Virus record (IMG/VR): IMGVR_UViG_3300033073_000753
Coordinates: 3,828 to 67,827 of that record
DNA from: a virus
Taxonomy: Duplodnaviria; Caudoviricetes
Direction: 5' to 3' (one strand)
DNA length: 64,000 bases
Of the stretch, positions 48,981 through 56,674 are shown in pieces. The stretch's first letter is position 1; each line of letters begins with the position of its first letter. The notes below the pieces were generated by a model. It did not search any database, was not told where the DNA came from, and saw nothing but the letters and a program-made list of their open reading frames with translations. The position numbers and the translations under genes were made by a program.

Positions 48981-49394
48981 TTAAATTTTCCAGTTTTGTT
49001 CAATATATTCTTTGTCTGCAGGCTTATTGCCAGTGAGACCTAACATGCCGCGATAAGCCTGCCACGCTTCTTGTACCATTGGATCTTCATGTCCGCCTGT
49101 GGGGAATAGATCTGCCCAGACAGCACTTTCGGGCATCATATTTCTATATGTGCCAAAGTTACGAGGTTGATGAATCTTACCTTCGCGAAATAACACACTT
49201 GCTACACCTTGGCATTCTTCTTCGTTAAGACCATCTAGGTAACCAGGCCTCCACATATATTCAGATACAATACCCTCTAGCTGTTCTTGTGTAGTAAATC
49301 GTGTACCCGCAATAATGACAATAACATCATCAACATCAACAGTACCATTTACAATGTCTCTAATACAACGCCCGAGACTAAAACCTACTTTCAT
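48981..49394 (-). CDS. Hypothetical protein
   Basis: 137 aa; GFSLGRCIRDIV...GKIHQPR. Confidence 0.6.
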   Translation of the reverse strand: MKVGFSLGRCIRDIVNGTVDVDDVIVIIAGTRFTTQEQLEGIVSEYMWRPGYLDGLNEEECQGVASVLFREGKIHQPRNFGTYRNMMPESAVWADLFPTGGHEDPMVQEAWQAYRGMLGLTGNKPADKEYIEQNWKI

Positions 49395-49903
49395 GTAGTA
49401 CTCCTATTCCACCAAGATTCCCAAGGGAAGTCAATCCAAACATCATTTTCATGCTTGTTAATTACCATACCGCAGTAATCACTTTCTTCTGCACTTGCTT
49501 CGTTATCAACTAAGCTTGCCCAACGAATAGTATCGTGCCAGTAATCGTTGACAAAATTAGGATTTACGCCTGCAACACTACTTGCCCAGTCTTCTTTCAT
49601 CCAGGTTTGTGTTGCACCTGAATCATTAATGTCGTCGACAATCAAAATTCTTTGACCTTCAATAGCAAGCTCGGGTAACCACAGATTGCTTTCACAGTCT
49701 GAACCATTTGCATCACGCAATGACACTTTTACATTTTCGTGCCTGACACCAAGGTAATGACTTAGCATAACACTAATAGGCAATCCGCCGCGATCAATAC
49801 CAACAATGATATCTGGAATCCATTTGCTTTGATACATTTGTCTTACTATATCATGCAAGAAGTATTCAACATCTTGCCAGGTTAAAGGTAATTTATCGGG
49901 CAT
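49391..49903 (-). CDS. Purine phosphoribosyltransferase (Gpt-like)
   Basis: GIDRGGL, PRPP loop ILIVDDINDSGAT, WIDFPWE. Confidence 0.85.
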   Translation of the reverse strand: MPDKLPLTWQDVEYFLHDIVRQMYQSKWIPDIIVGIDRGGLPISVMLSHYLGVRHENVKVSLRDANGSDCESNLWLPELAIEGQRILIVDDINDSGATQTWMKEDWASSVAGVNPNFVNDYWHDTIRWASLVDNEASAEESDYCGMVINKHENDVWIDFPWESWWNRSTT

Positions 49904-50427
49904 TATTCATCCAGTTCTCTATCAGGTCCACTTAACAACTTTTCCATTGCCTTATACTCATCATAGAGTTCTTTAAGCATTGGATACTTTTCATGCATTT
50001 CAAAATTTGGCGCAATGATCAGTAATCTTTTCTTTACAGTTTCTATTGTAGCATGTAAATCATCTAAGTCAATAGATTTTCCGTTGCCTAGCCTAATTTC
50101 GTTTTTGCCGTATTCAGTTGAGTCACTCGACAGACCAGAACCAATAGTAAATGATGCACCGTTTGCCCAATTTGATGAGTTACCAACAGCACCTAATGTT
50201 ATATTTCCTATAGTACTCATATCTATAGAAGTAATACTAGGCATGGTCATTGAGCCATTTATGTCATTGAGTGTAATGGTATCTACGCTATTAGAAATAT
50301 AGATACCATCATCTATGGTCTGTGCAGTAAATCCAATATCAACTTCAGCAGAAGTGTTGTATTGAAACTCAACAGGATCTATTGTTGACAGCACATCTTT
50401 TAGTTTATTTTTTGTGTCGTCATCCAT
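49903..50427 (-). CDS. Hypothetical protein with S/T/G-rich low-complexity middle
   Basis: 174 aa; C-terminal KKRLLII.PN....EKYPMLKELY. Confidence 0.55.
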   Translation of the reverse strand: MDDDTKNKLKDVLSTIDPVEFQYNTSAEVDIGFTAQTIDDGIYISNSVDTITLNDINGSMTMPSITSIDMSTIGNITLGAVGNSSNWANGASFTIGSGLSSDSTEYGKNEIRLGNGKSIDLDDLHATIETVKKRLLIIAPNFEMHEKYPMLKELYDEYKAMEKLLSGPDRELDE

Positions 50428-50432
50428 ACAGG

Positions 50433-51176
50433 TTACCTGGGAGCAAAATCTTGCTGTAACTTAATATTATCCATAAACTCTTTCTTGGTGCCAGGATCTG
50501 TTTGGAACGAACCTTTGAGTACCGTGGTCTGAGTTAATGAACTATGTGCCATGATGCCGCGATTCTCACAGCAACCGTGTACTGCCTGAATATAGACTCC
50601 TACATTTTCTGAGTCGGTAGCTTTGGAGATTTCCCTAGCAATATCATTACAAAGTTCCTCCTGGAGAGTACCTCGTCTTGCACACCACTGTGCGATTCTT
50701 GTGTATTTAGATAAGCCGATAAGTTTATTAGCGGCAATAATACCAATATAAGCAACGCCAGTAACGGGTTGGTGATGATGGCTACACATAGAGCGCAACT
50801 CACTACGAACCACAAGCATACCTTCATATCTATCCTCACTATCATTTGGAAACGCTGTTGCGTCTGGTGCAGGGTCATAACGACCTGCCATAATTTCGTT
50901 GAAATACATTTTAGCAAGGCGTCGGGCTGTGCCTTTACTGTTAGGATCATTTTCACGATCAATAAGCAAGGTGTCTAGTACACGCTCAAATGCTTCAGTT
51001 GCTTCGTCGATTAGTTTTTCTTTGTCGGCTTCGCTAACATAGTCACTAATGTTATCCCCTGCCCAAAAGCGTTTGCCTTCACGCTTCATTTTAAAACGAA
51101 GATGGTCTCCTAAGTAAGCTTCTTCGTATCCGCCATCGCCTGCCATTGCGTCCAGGCCTGTTTGTTTATTTGTCAA
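50433..51176 (-). CDS. folE: GTP cyclohydrolase I (TTG start)
   Basis: TARRLAKM, SMCSHH, GLSKYTRI, QEEL, HGCCENRG; GGAG SD. Confidence 0.95.
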   Translation of the reverse strand: MTNKQTGLDAMAGDGGYEEAYLGDHLRFKMKREGKRFWAGDNISDYVSEADKEKLIDEATEAFERVLDTLLIDRENDPNSKGTARRLAKMYFNEIMAGRYDPAPDATAFPNDSEDRYEGMLVVRSELRSMCSHHHQPVTGVAYIGIIAANKLIGLSKYTRIAQWCARRGTLQEELCNDIAREISKATDSENVGVYIQAVHGCCENRGIMAHSSLTQTTVLKGSFQTDPGTKKEFMDNIKLQQDFAPR

Positions 51177-51184
51177 TTTATAAT

Positions 51185-51211
51185 TCTCCGAGTTAATGTC
51201 GTGGATGACAC
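51185..51211 (-). promoter_or_regulatory. Structured 5' leader of folE (hairpin/possible pseudoknot over SD)
   Basis: Minus strand GUGUC-AUCCAC-GACAU-UAACUC-GGAG; loop UCC is complementary to the SD GGA. Confidence 0.45.
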
Positions 51212-51218
51212 TTTGTTT

Positions 51219-51247
51219 ATTGTAACAGATAGTTATTCGTTAAGCAA
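51219..51247 (-). promoter_or_regulatory. sigma70-type promoter for folE
   Basis: TTGCTT-17 bp-TACAAT with extended TG. Confidence 0.6.
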
Positions 51248-51562
51248 GAGTTCACTTGGCCATCTTAGCATAAACATCATTAAATCTTCCCGTTTCGAAA
51301 AGTTTACTACCATTGTAATAGGCATCCTGGCTATTTCGATTTGTTTTGATTTAACTGCACCTGCAATGATCTTCCAATTGAACTCTCTGCCGCAGTGGTC
51401 TGTAATGGACCACAGTTTTTGCGAACGACCAATATTATTGATTATCCAATGTTTGACTTCGCGCATTTCGTGTATAGTAACAACTGTTTTAGCACTATAA
51501 GTTTGTTGACTATCAAGATAGCGTCGAAGCTGATCTTCAGTTAGAGCTATTGGCATTGGCAT
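51233..51562 (-). CDS. Small hypothetical protein (F..ED...F.L.W family)
   Basis: C-terminal VNFSKREDLMMFMLRW. Confidence 0.55.
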   Translation of the reverse strand: MPMPIALTEDQLRRYLDSQQTYSAKTVVTIHEMREVKHWIINNIGRSQKLWSITDHCGREFNWKIIAGAVKSKQIEIARMPITMVVNFSKREDLMMFMLRWPSELLLNE

Positions 51563-51788
51563 AGAATTCGCTTTTACGCAAGTCATCCCAGCCGCCAATT
51601 AGTTTACCATCAATGATAATTTGAGGAACAGTTCTGGCTGTTGGAACAGCTTCTAATAAATTTTCTCTTGTAAAACCATTTGTACCAATTTTATGTTCGG
51701 TATAGGTCATGTTTTTACTTTTGAACCAATTCTTTGCCATGTCACAATAAGGACAAGGTTCTTTACTATAGATTGTAATTTCAGCCAT
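51537..51788 (-). CDS. Glutaredoxin
   Basis: CPYC, TVPQI, IGGWDDL; start reassigned to 51788. Confidence 0.92.
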   Translation of the reverse strand: MAEITIYSKEPCPYCDMAKNWFKSKNMTYTEHKIGTNGFTRENLLEAVPTARTVPQIIIDGKLIGGWDDLRKSEFYANANSSN

Positions 51789-52221
51789 TTTGTTTTTCCT
51801 GTGTAGTATCGTATGTTTGTGCAAAGATATCTTTCTTTACAGCACCGTAGTCGCCTTCGCCGTGGCGCACAATATAATCATTGCCTGATGTATAACTCAA
51901 GTCGCCCCAACTAGTATGTAGCACTCCGTCGTGGTCGGCTAGTTTGGCCAACTTTTCAATCTTCTTAGGAGTACCTGTACCATTTCCATTGTCATCGTAA
52001 AGTGTATTAAACTTTTCTGGTGTAATTGGATACTGCTCGCCTTTTGGCCCTGTCATAATGTAATGACCAGCTTCGTAACGCACAGGACCTTCTAGGGTGT
52101 CAACTGTGCCTGCATCAGTTGCTACCTGATACTTAACAGGTGCGGCCTTTTTGAAAGTTTTAAATGCACCCTGCTGAAACCATGCATCGTTAATGTTTTC
52201 TTTTAAATCAGTAATCTTCAT
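51781..52221 (-). CDS. PGDYG-family protein
   Basis: TLEG...G.GEQYP...KF...Y and WG.L...G.DYIV...GDYGAV..DIF..TY duplicated halves. Confidence 0.7.
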   Translation of the reverse strand: MKITDLKENINDAWFQQGAFKTFKKAAPVKYQVATDAGTVDTLEGPVRYEAGHYIMTGPKGEQYPITPEKFNTLYDDNGNGTGTPKKIEKLAKLADHDGVLHTSWGDLSYTSGNDYIVRHGEGDYGAVKKDIFAQTYDTTQEKQNG

Positions 52222-52222
52222 T

Positions 52223-52426
52223 TTATTGTCCTTTTCTAGGAGTAGTACAGCTATCAGACCAAAGTTCTTGGGCTTGTTTTTGATACTCGGCTAGTTCCCA
52301 TTGATCTTTCTTAGACTGGTATTCTTCTTCTGACAACCCATGCCAACCAATGCACTTACCTGTAGGACTACGACCGCATCCACATTTGCCAAACTGTTTC
52401 GCATCTTCTTTAACCCTGACTTGCAT
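52223..52426 (-). CDS. CDGSH-like iron-sulfur small protein
   Basis: CGCGRSPTGKCIGWH variant of the CDGSH motif; start reassigned to 52426. Confidence 0.65.
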   Translation of the reverse strand: MQVRVKEDAKQFGKCGCGRSPTGKCIGWHGLSEEEYQSKKDQWELAEYQKQAQELWSDSCTTPRKGQ

Positions 52427-52853
52427 TGCCTTCTTCCTTTTGTAACTCTGCTTCGTATACTCTACGACGCAAACTGCTCGATGAAAAACTATGATCTCTG
52501 CCGTTAAAGTATAAATCAATATTACGCTTGTGACAAATCTCTCGGCCGGTAAATTCTTTACCTTCGTATTCGACACCTAATATGCGAACATTGATAGGTA
52601 AGGTTAGCAACAGGTCTTCTAGGTCTTTCTCTGTATTATATACCCAAACTTCATCAACATAACGACTACCTTTGAGTTGCATTTGTCTTTCAACAATACT
52701 TTGCACAGGTCTGTTCTTTGTAGGACGATCTAATGTGGGGTCGTTTTGTAGGCCAACGATAAGATAGTCGCATACAGTTTTTGCTTCTTGAAGCATTGCT
52801 ACATGGCCAGCATGTAATAAATCAAATGTACTTGCAGTAAATCCTACTTTCAT
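52410..52853 (-). CDS. Cytidylyltransferase (TagD/RfaE-II-like)
   Basis: FDLLHAGH (HxGH), IVGL, RP.QS..ER, SSSSLR. Confidence 0.88.
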   Translation of the reverse strand: MKVGFTASTFDLLHAGHVAMLQEAKTVCDYLIVGLQNDPTLDRPTKNRPVQSIVERQMQLKGSRYVDEVWVYNTEKDLEDLLLTLPINVRILGVEYEGKEFTGREICHKRNIDLYFNGRDHSFSSSSLRRRVYEAELQKEEGNASQG

Positions 52854-53839
52854 GCTCTGTTCTTATATTCTACTGAGTTATACCATGCCCATGCAGTACG
52901 CACTATATTATCAATCGTACTTGCTTCGGGCTTCCAGCCAGTTTCTTTTTTAAACTTGTTTGCACTTGCAACAAGTGTAGCAGGGTCTCCGGCTCTTCTA
53001 GGCCCTGTGTGTATTAATACGGTCTTTCCGGTAATGCGTTCTACACTTTCAATGATTTGTTTAATACTAACGCCTTTGCTAGAACCTAAATTAAATTCTA
53101 CGCTAGGTTGAGTCATTGTCTGTCCATACAAGGTAGCAAGGTAATGTGCATTAGCAATGTCTTCTACATGCAGATAGTCGCGAACGCAAGTTCCGTCGGG
53201 TGTATCGTAATCGTTTCCGTTTAATGTAAAGACGCCTTTGTTGATAATGCTTTCAATGATACGAGCAATTAGGTGTGTGGCCTGCTTTAATTGTCCGTGT
53301 CTAACATGTTCGTCGGCACCACACGCATTAAAGTAGCGCAATGCAATGGTTTTGAATCCGTACCCGGTAGCACAGTCACGCAATACTTGTTCTGCCATTA
53401 GTTTACTTTGACCGTAAGGGCTAATAGGTAGGGTTGGGCTTTGTTCAGTAAGTGACTGCTCAGTCGGCTCTCCATAAACTGCGGCACTAGACGAAAATAC
53501 TACAGTTCGTCTCCAACCTTTTTCGGCCAATGCTCCTAGTAGTCGAGCAGTATTACCTACATTGTTAACATAATAAGGACCAGGATCAGTAACACTAGGG
53601 CCCACTAAACTTGTGCCAGCAATGTGTATAAGTGCTTCTGGATTCTTGTCGACAACTTGATTAACAAACATTGGATTTGTAAACTCAGTTGGGATGAACA
53701 CATCGACTATATCTCGAATCCACGGAGCAGTACGGTTGCGATCTGTTCCAATAACCTTGTAACCAAGATCTTTGAATCGCAATACCGTTTGTCCACCAAT
53801 GTAACCATTACAGCCGGTTATAGCTACCCATTTTTCCAT
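52850..53839 (-). CDS. galE: UDP-glucose 4-epimerase
   Basis: TGCNGYIG, SSSAAVYG, YGQSK (YxxxK), LRYFNACG, DGTCVRDYLHV, RRAGDP. Confidence 0.9.
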   Translation of the reverse strand: MEKWVAITGCNGYIGGQTVLRFKDLGYKVIGTDRNRTAPWIRDIVDVFIPTEFTNPMFVNQVVDKNPEALIHIAGTSLVGPSVTDPGPYYVNNVGNTARLLGALAEKGWRRTVVFSSSAAVYGEPTEQSLTEQSPTLPISPYGQSKLMAEQVLRDCATGYGFKTIALRYFNACGADEHVRHGQLKQATHLIARIIESIINKGVFTLNGNDYDTPDGTCVRDYLHVEDIANAHYLATLYGQTMTQPSVEFNLGSSKGVSIKQIIESVERITGKTVLIHTGPRRAGDPATLVASANKFKKETGWKPEASTIDNIVRTAWAWYNSVEYKNRA

Positions 53840-55044
53840 TAATACTTTGCCTCAGCGACATGGTCGCGATATCGGTTGTCGCCACGGAACCATTTTGTCT
53901 GAGAGGCAGGCATTACACCATCACCTTCATCTTCGGCTGTGATAATGTCAATGATGCGATCAATGGTACCGTTGTTCCAATCACTAATCTTACCCATGTT
54001 TGCACTTGGTGCTTCTAACAAGGTTAGTAATTTAACCATTGCGTCATCCATGCTCCAAGGTACATATAGTCTACTCGCATCGTTGGCGAAAGTTTCTGGA
54101 AAGCTACGATAAGCAGGATACAAGACATTACAGCCAAGTGTGTCGGCTTCAGAAACAGTATTTGAAACCCAGTCTTGTAAAGCGCAATTGAACAGCACAC
54201 GGCTATCATTGACAAGATTATAGTAATCATTCTTATTAAGATCCTTATAAATTTTTAGCTTACCTTCTGCTTCCAGCTTGTAAGCACGATCTAAGTACTT
54301 AGGATTATTACTACGCAAAGGTCCGCCACTTAATACAGCAAACTCTACACCATTACCATGCTGACTATGAAATTTCTCAATGAGATCCATAAAGAAATCT
54401 GGTTGTTTCTCTTGGTCAAATCTTGCCGCAAATACAACACGCTTTGTTCGTTGATCAAAAGGTTTGACTGTGTTGTTTACACGACTCAGTACTTCTTCCT
54501 TACCAAATGCTAATCCAGAAATGTTGTAGATAGGGGCAGTCCAATTTGCGATACGCATATGGGCAACCATTTCTTCGTTAGTTGCTAAGACACCCGTAGC
54601 AAATTCATTAACCATTGCTTCGTATGTTGACATCCACTTAGACATACCCCATACATGAACAAAGTCGTCAGGATCAATGGCCTGAGCAAGACAACGAACA
54701 TAAATCCTGGGACGCAAAGAAGCAGGCACTTGATCGAGAATATAAGGTAAGCTCTCGATACCGGGCTGAAACATGTCTTCAAAGTAGATAACATCTTCAT
54801 TTGTTACTTCTCCTCTACGCATCATCTGCACTAGGTTCATCATTTGACTCATGCTAAAGTAACTGCGACCATGTGCATCTAACACCTGCCCGACAGAGAT
54901 TGCTTTAGTATTATCGATTGTACTGCCAGGTACAACAACATAGTCAATGCCACGGCGTTTGAATACAGCTTCATTCCATTGCTGGAGTTGAAGTGTGTAA
55001 CGCCCTTCATAGGGCTCAAGGCCCATGTAAAAGAGCTTACGCAT
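53839..55044 (-). CDS. GT-B (GT4-like) glycosyltransferase
   Basis: VVFAARFDQEKQP, YYNLVNDSRVLFNCALQDWVS...EA...GC..LYP..RSFPE; start reassigned to 55044 (MRKLFY). Confidence 0.75.
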   Translation of the reverse strand: MRKLFYMGLEPYEGRYTLQLQQWNEAVFKRRGIDYVVVPGSTIDNTKAISVGQVLDAHGRSYFSMSQMMNLVQMMRRGEVTNEDVIYFEDMFQPGIESLPYILDQVPASLRPRIYVRCLAQAIDPDDFVHVWGMSKWMSTYEAMVNEFATGVLATNEEMVAHMRIANWTAPIYNISGLAFGKEEVLSRVNNTVKPFDQRTKRVVFAARFDQEKQPDFFMDLIEKFHSQHGNGVEFAVLSGGPLRSNNPKYLDRAYKLEAEGKLKIYKDLNKNDYYNLVNDSRVLFNCALQDWVSNTVSEADTLGCNVLYPAYRSFPETFANDASRLYVPWSMDDAMVKLLTLLEAPSANMGKISDWNNGTIDRIIDIITAEDEGDGVMPASQTKWFRGDNRYRDHVAEAKY

Positions 55045-55481
55045 TACTGCTCCTGTAAATCTAAACGATTTGGCATACAGCAACGAGCATCGGCAGTATG
55101 CTTGGTTGGCTGTGACCATGCACTCTTATAAAAGCCTACATGGATCTTAAGTGCTTTGCTGGCACGATCTGCCGCACTTTGGATGTTGATTGTATAAGTG
55201 AAGCTTTGATCCCCACTTGCCTCATGTGTACGCATTTCCGGTGCGTCAATAGTATAACTGTGGATCATACTATCCTTGACTAGGTCAGTCAAGTATTGGT
55301 TGTAAAACTCCAACGGAAGATGACCAAAGTCTTCCGTTAACACTCCATCATAGAGTTCACTGATCTTTAACAGATCGAACTTAATGTGGTTAATGTTAAG
55401 ACCAGCTCGACGAGCCTGGTAGGGGTTACTGCCGCGATTATTAAACCGAACATGCTGTTTAATATTATTTTGGGCTTCCAT
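55044..55481 (-). CDS. Hypothetical protein between the T-fold gene and the GT
   Basis: 145 aa, TAATG-coupled to the GT. Confidence 0.55.
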   Translation of the reverse strand: MEAQNNIKQHVRFNNRGSNPYQARRAGLNINHIKFDLLKISELYDGVLTEDFGHLPLEFYNQYLTDLVKDSMIHSYTIDAPEMRTHEASGDQSFTYTINIQSAADRASKALKIHVGFYKSAWSQPTKHTADARCCMPNRLDLQEQ

Positions 55482-55489
55482 GTTTTTCC

Positions 55490-55900
55490 TTATTGTTGTG
55501 AAGGATTGTTGACAAATTTAAGAAGACAGCCGTTTTCACCGTCTTCGCTTACCTCGATCCAAACTTCACGGTTTGGATACTTTGCATCAATGACTGCATG
55601 TAAATCTCTAGCAATCATCTCGCAACTCTTGTAATCAAGTTCTAGAACGGAACCTTGATTATTGTTACTACTGGAATTGTACAAAGACTCGAGCCAGCGT
55701 TTGAACTGGATGAACTCGATGTCCCTGTCGTCGTGGAGCACACTGATCCACACCCGGAAATGAAAAATGTGGCGATGAGGGTTAGCCAAAAACGAAACAT
55801 CATATTCATCGCCTGTTGCTAACTGCGTATCTCTTGCCGCCGCCGGATAGCAATGTATTCCTTCTTTCCTAAATGTAACCCAAATCATGTCTTGTGACAT
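55490..55900 (-). CDS. QueD-like T-fold protein (LxxxHRHxF; candidate DpdL-type)
   Basis: EGIHCYP, FLANPHRHIFHFRV, DRDIEF, SCEMIA, VSEDGENG. Confidence 0.7.
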   Translation of the reverse strand: MSQDMIWVTFRKEGIHCYPAAARDTQLATGDEYDVSFLANPHRHIFHFRVWISVLHDDRDIEFIQFKRWLESLYNSSSNNNQGSVLELDYKSCEMIARDLHAVIDAKYPNREVWIEVSEDGENGCLLKFVNNPSQQ

Positions 55901-55917
55901 GTTACTTCCTTTACTTA

Positions 55918-56130
55918 TTAGTCAATGTAGTTGTTAGCTTTTAAATAAACCCACATCTTCCAGTCAATTGCCTGGGCAAACTCTAAAAGCTTGTCCATTT
56001 TAGCGTTAAGCTCGGCAATGCCGTCACCAGATGATTCGTTTGCTTCTTCTACCTGTGCAGATTTTGCAGTAGGTGTTGGGCGTTTAGTAACTTTATTGAA
56101 ATTACCAACTTTAACTTCTTCGTCGCTCAT
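55918..56130 (-). CDS. Small hypothetical protein
   Basis: GGA SD before 56130; AIDWKMW. Confidence 0.5.
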   Translation of the reverse strand: MSDEEVKVGNFNKVTKRPTPTAKSAQVEEANESSGDGIAELNAKMDKLLEFAQAIDWKMWVYLKANNYID

Positions 56131-56140
56131 TATAGTTTCC

Positions 56141-56674
56141 TTAGTTATTAACAGGGTTATCGCCTTTGTAGGCACTCCACGGAGTAAAGCATTTCCTATC
56201 CATTAGGTCATGTAAAGGATGACACCATACTCCAGGATTTGTTGCATCAAAACCTTTGTCGTCGATCTTGATCGTTGTATTGTAGTTAAGCAATCTAGTA
56301 TATGGAAGTTTCACCGAAATCATTGGGATGACTCGATTACTGTCGCTTAAGGCACCATCTAAGAATCCATTTAACTGATCAGGGCTTAGATCCAGCGTTG
56401 CATAACTGATTCCAGTCTTGTCCAACACAGTTTCGATCATCCATTCCCAGTCACGCCAGCCATGAGCATCATCATTTGCTAGGTTAAAGCTCATGTTAGC
56501 ACCAAAGTAGACATGTTTAATGTCAGGCGTAATTTTTTCAATTACTTTTTCTGGTGCATGGTGACCGACAACAAATAGCGTTGGCATTCCATGTGCAGGA
56601 CTGTGTTCGACTTCAACACCTGTAAAGAATTCTACGGGCATTGTGCCAGCGCCATAATCTCTTTCAATAGTCAT
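56141..56674 (-). CDS. Hypothetical protein coupled to the DpdA-like gene
   Basis: FFTGVEVEH...GMPTLFV, HVYFGAN, KIDD..F.ATNPGVW; TAATG overlap with 56674. Confidence 0.55.
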   Translation of the reverse strand: MTIERDYGAGTMPVEFFTGVEVEHSPAHGMPTLFVVGHHAPEKVIEKITPDIKHVYFGANMSFNLANDDAHGWRDWEWMIETVLDKTGISYATLDLSPDQLNGFLDGALSDSNRVIPMISVKLPYTRLLNYNTTIKIDDKGFDATNPGVWCHPLHDLMDRKCFTPWSAYKGDNPVNN

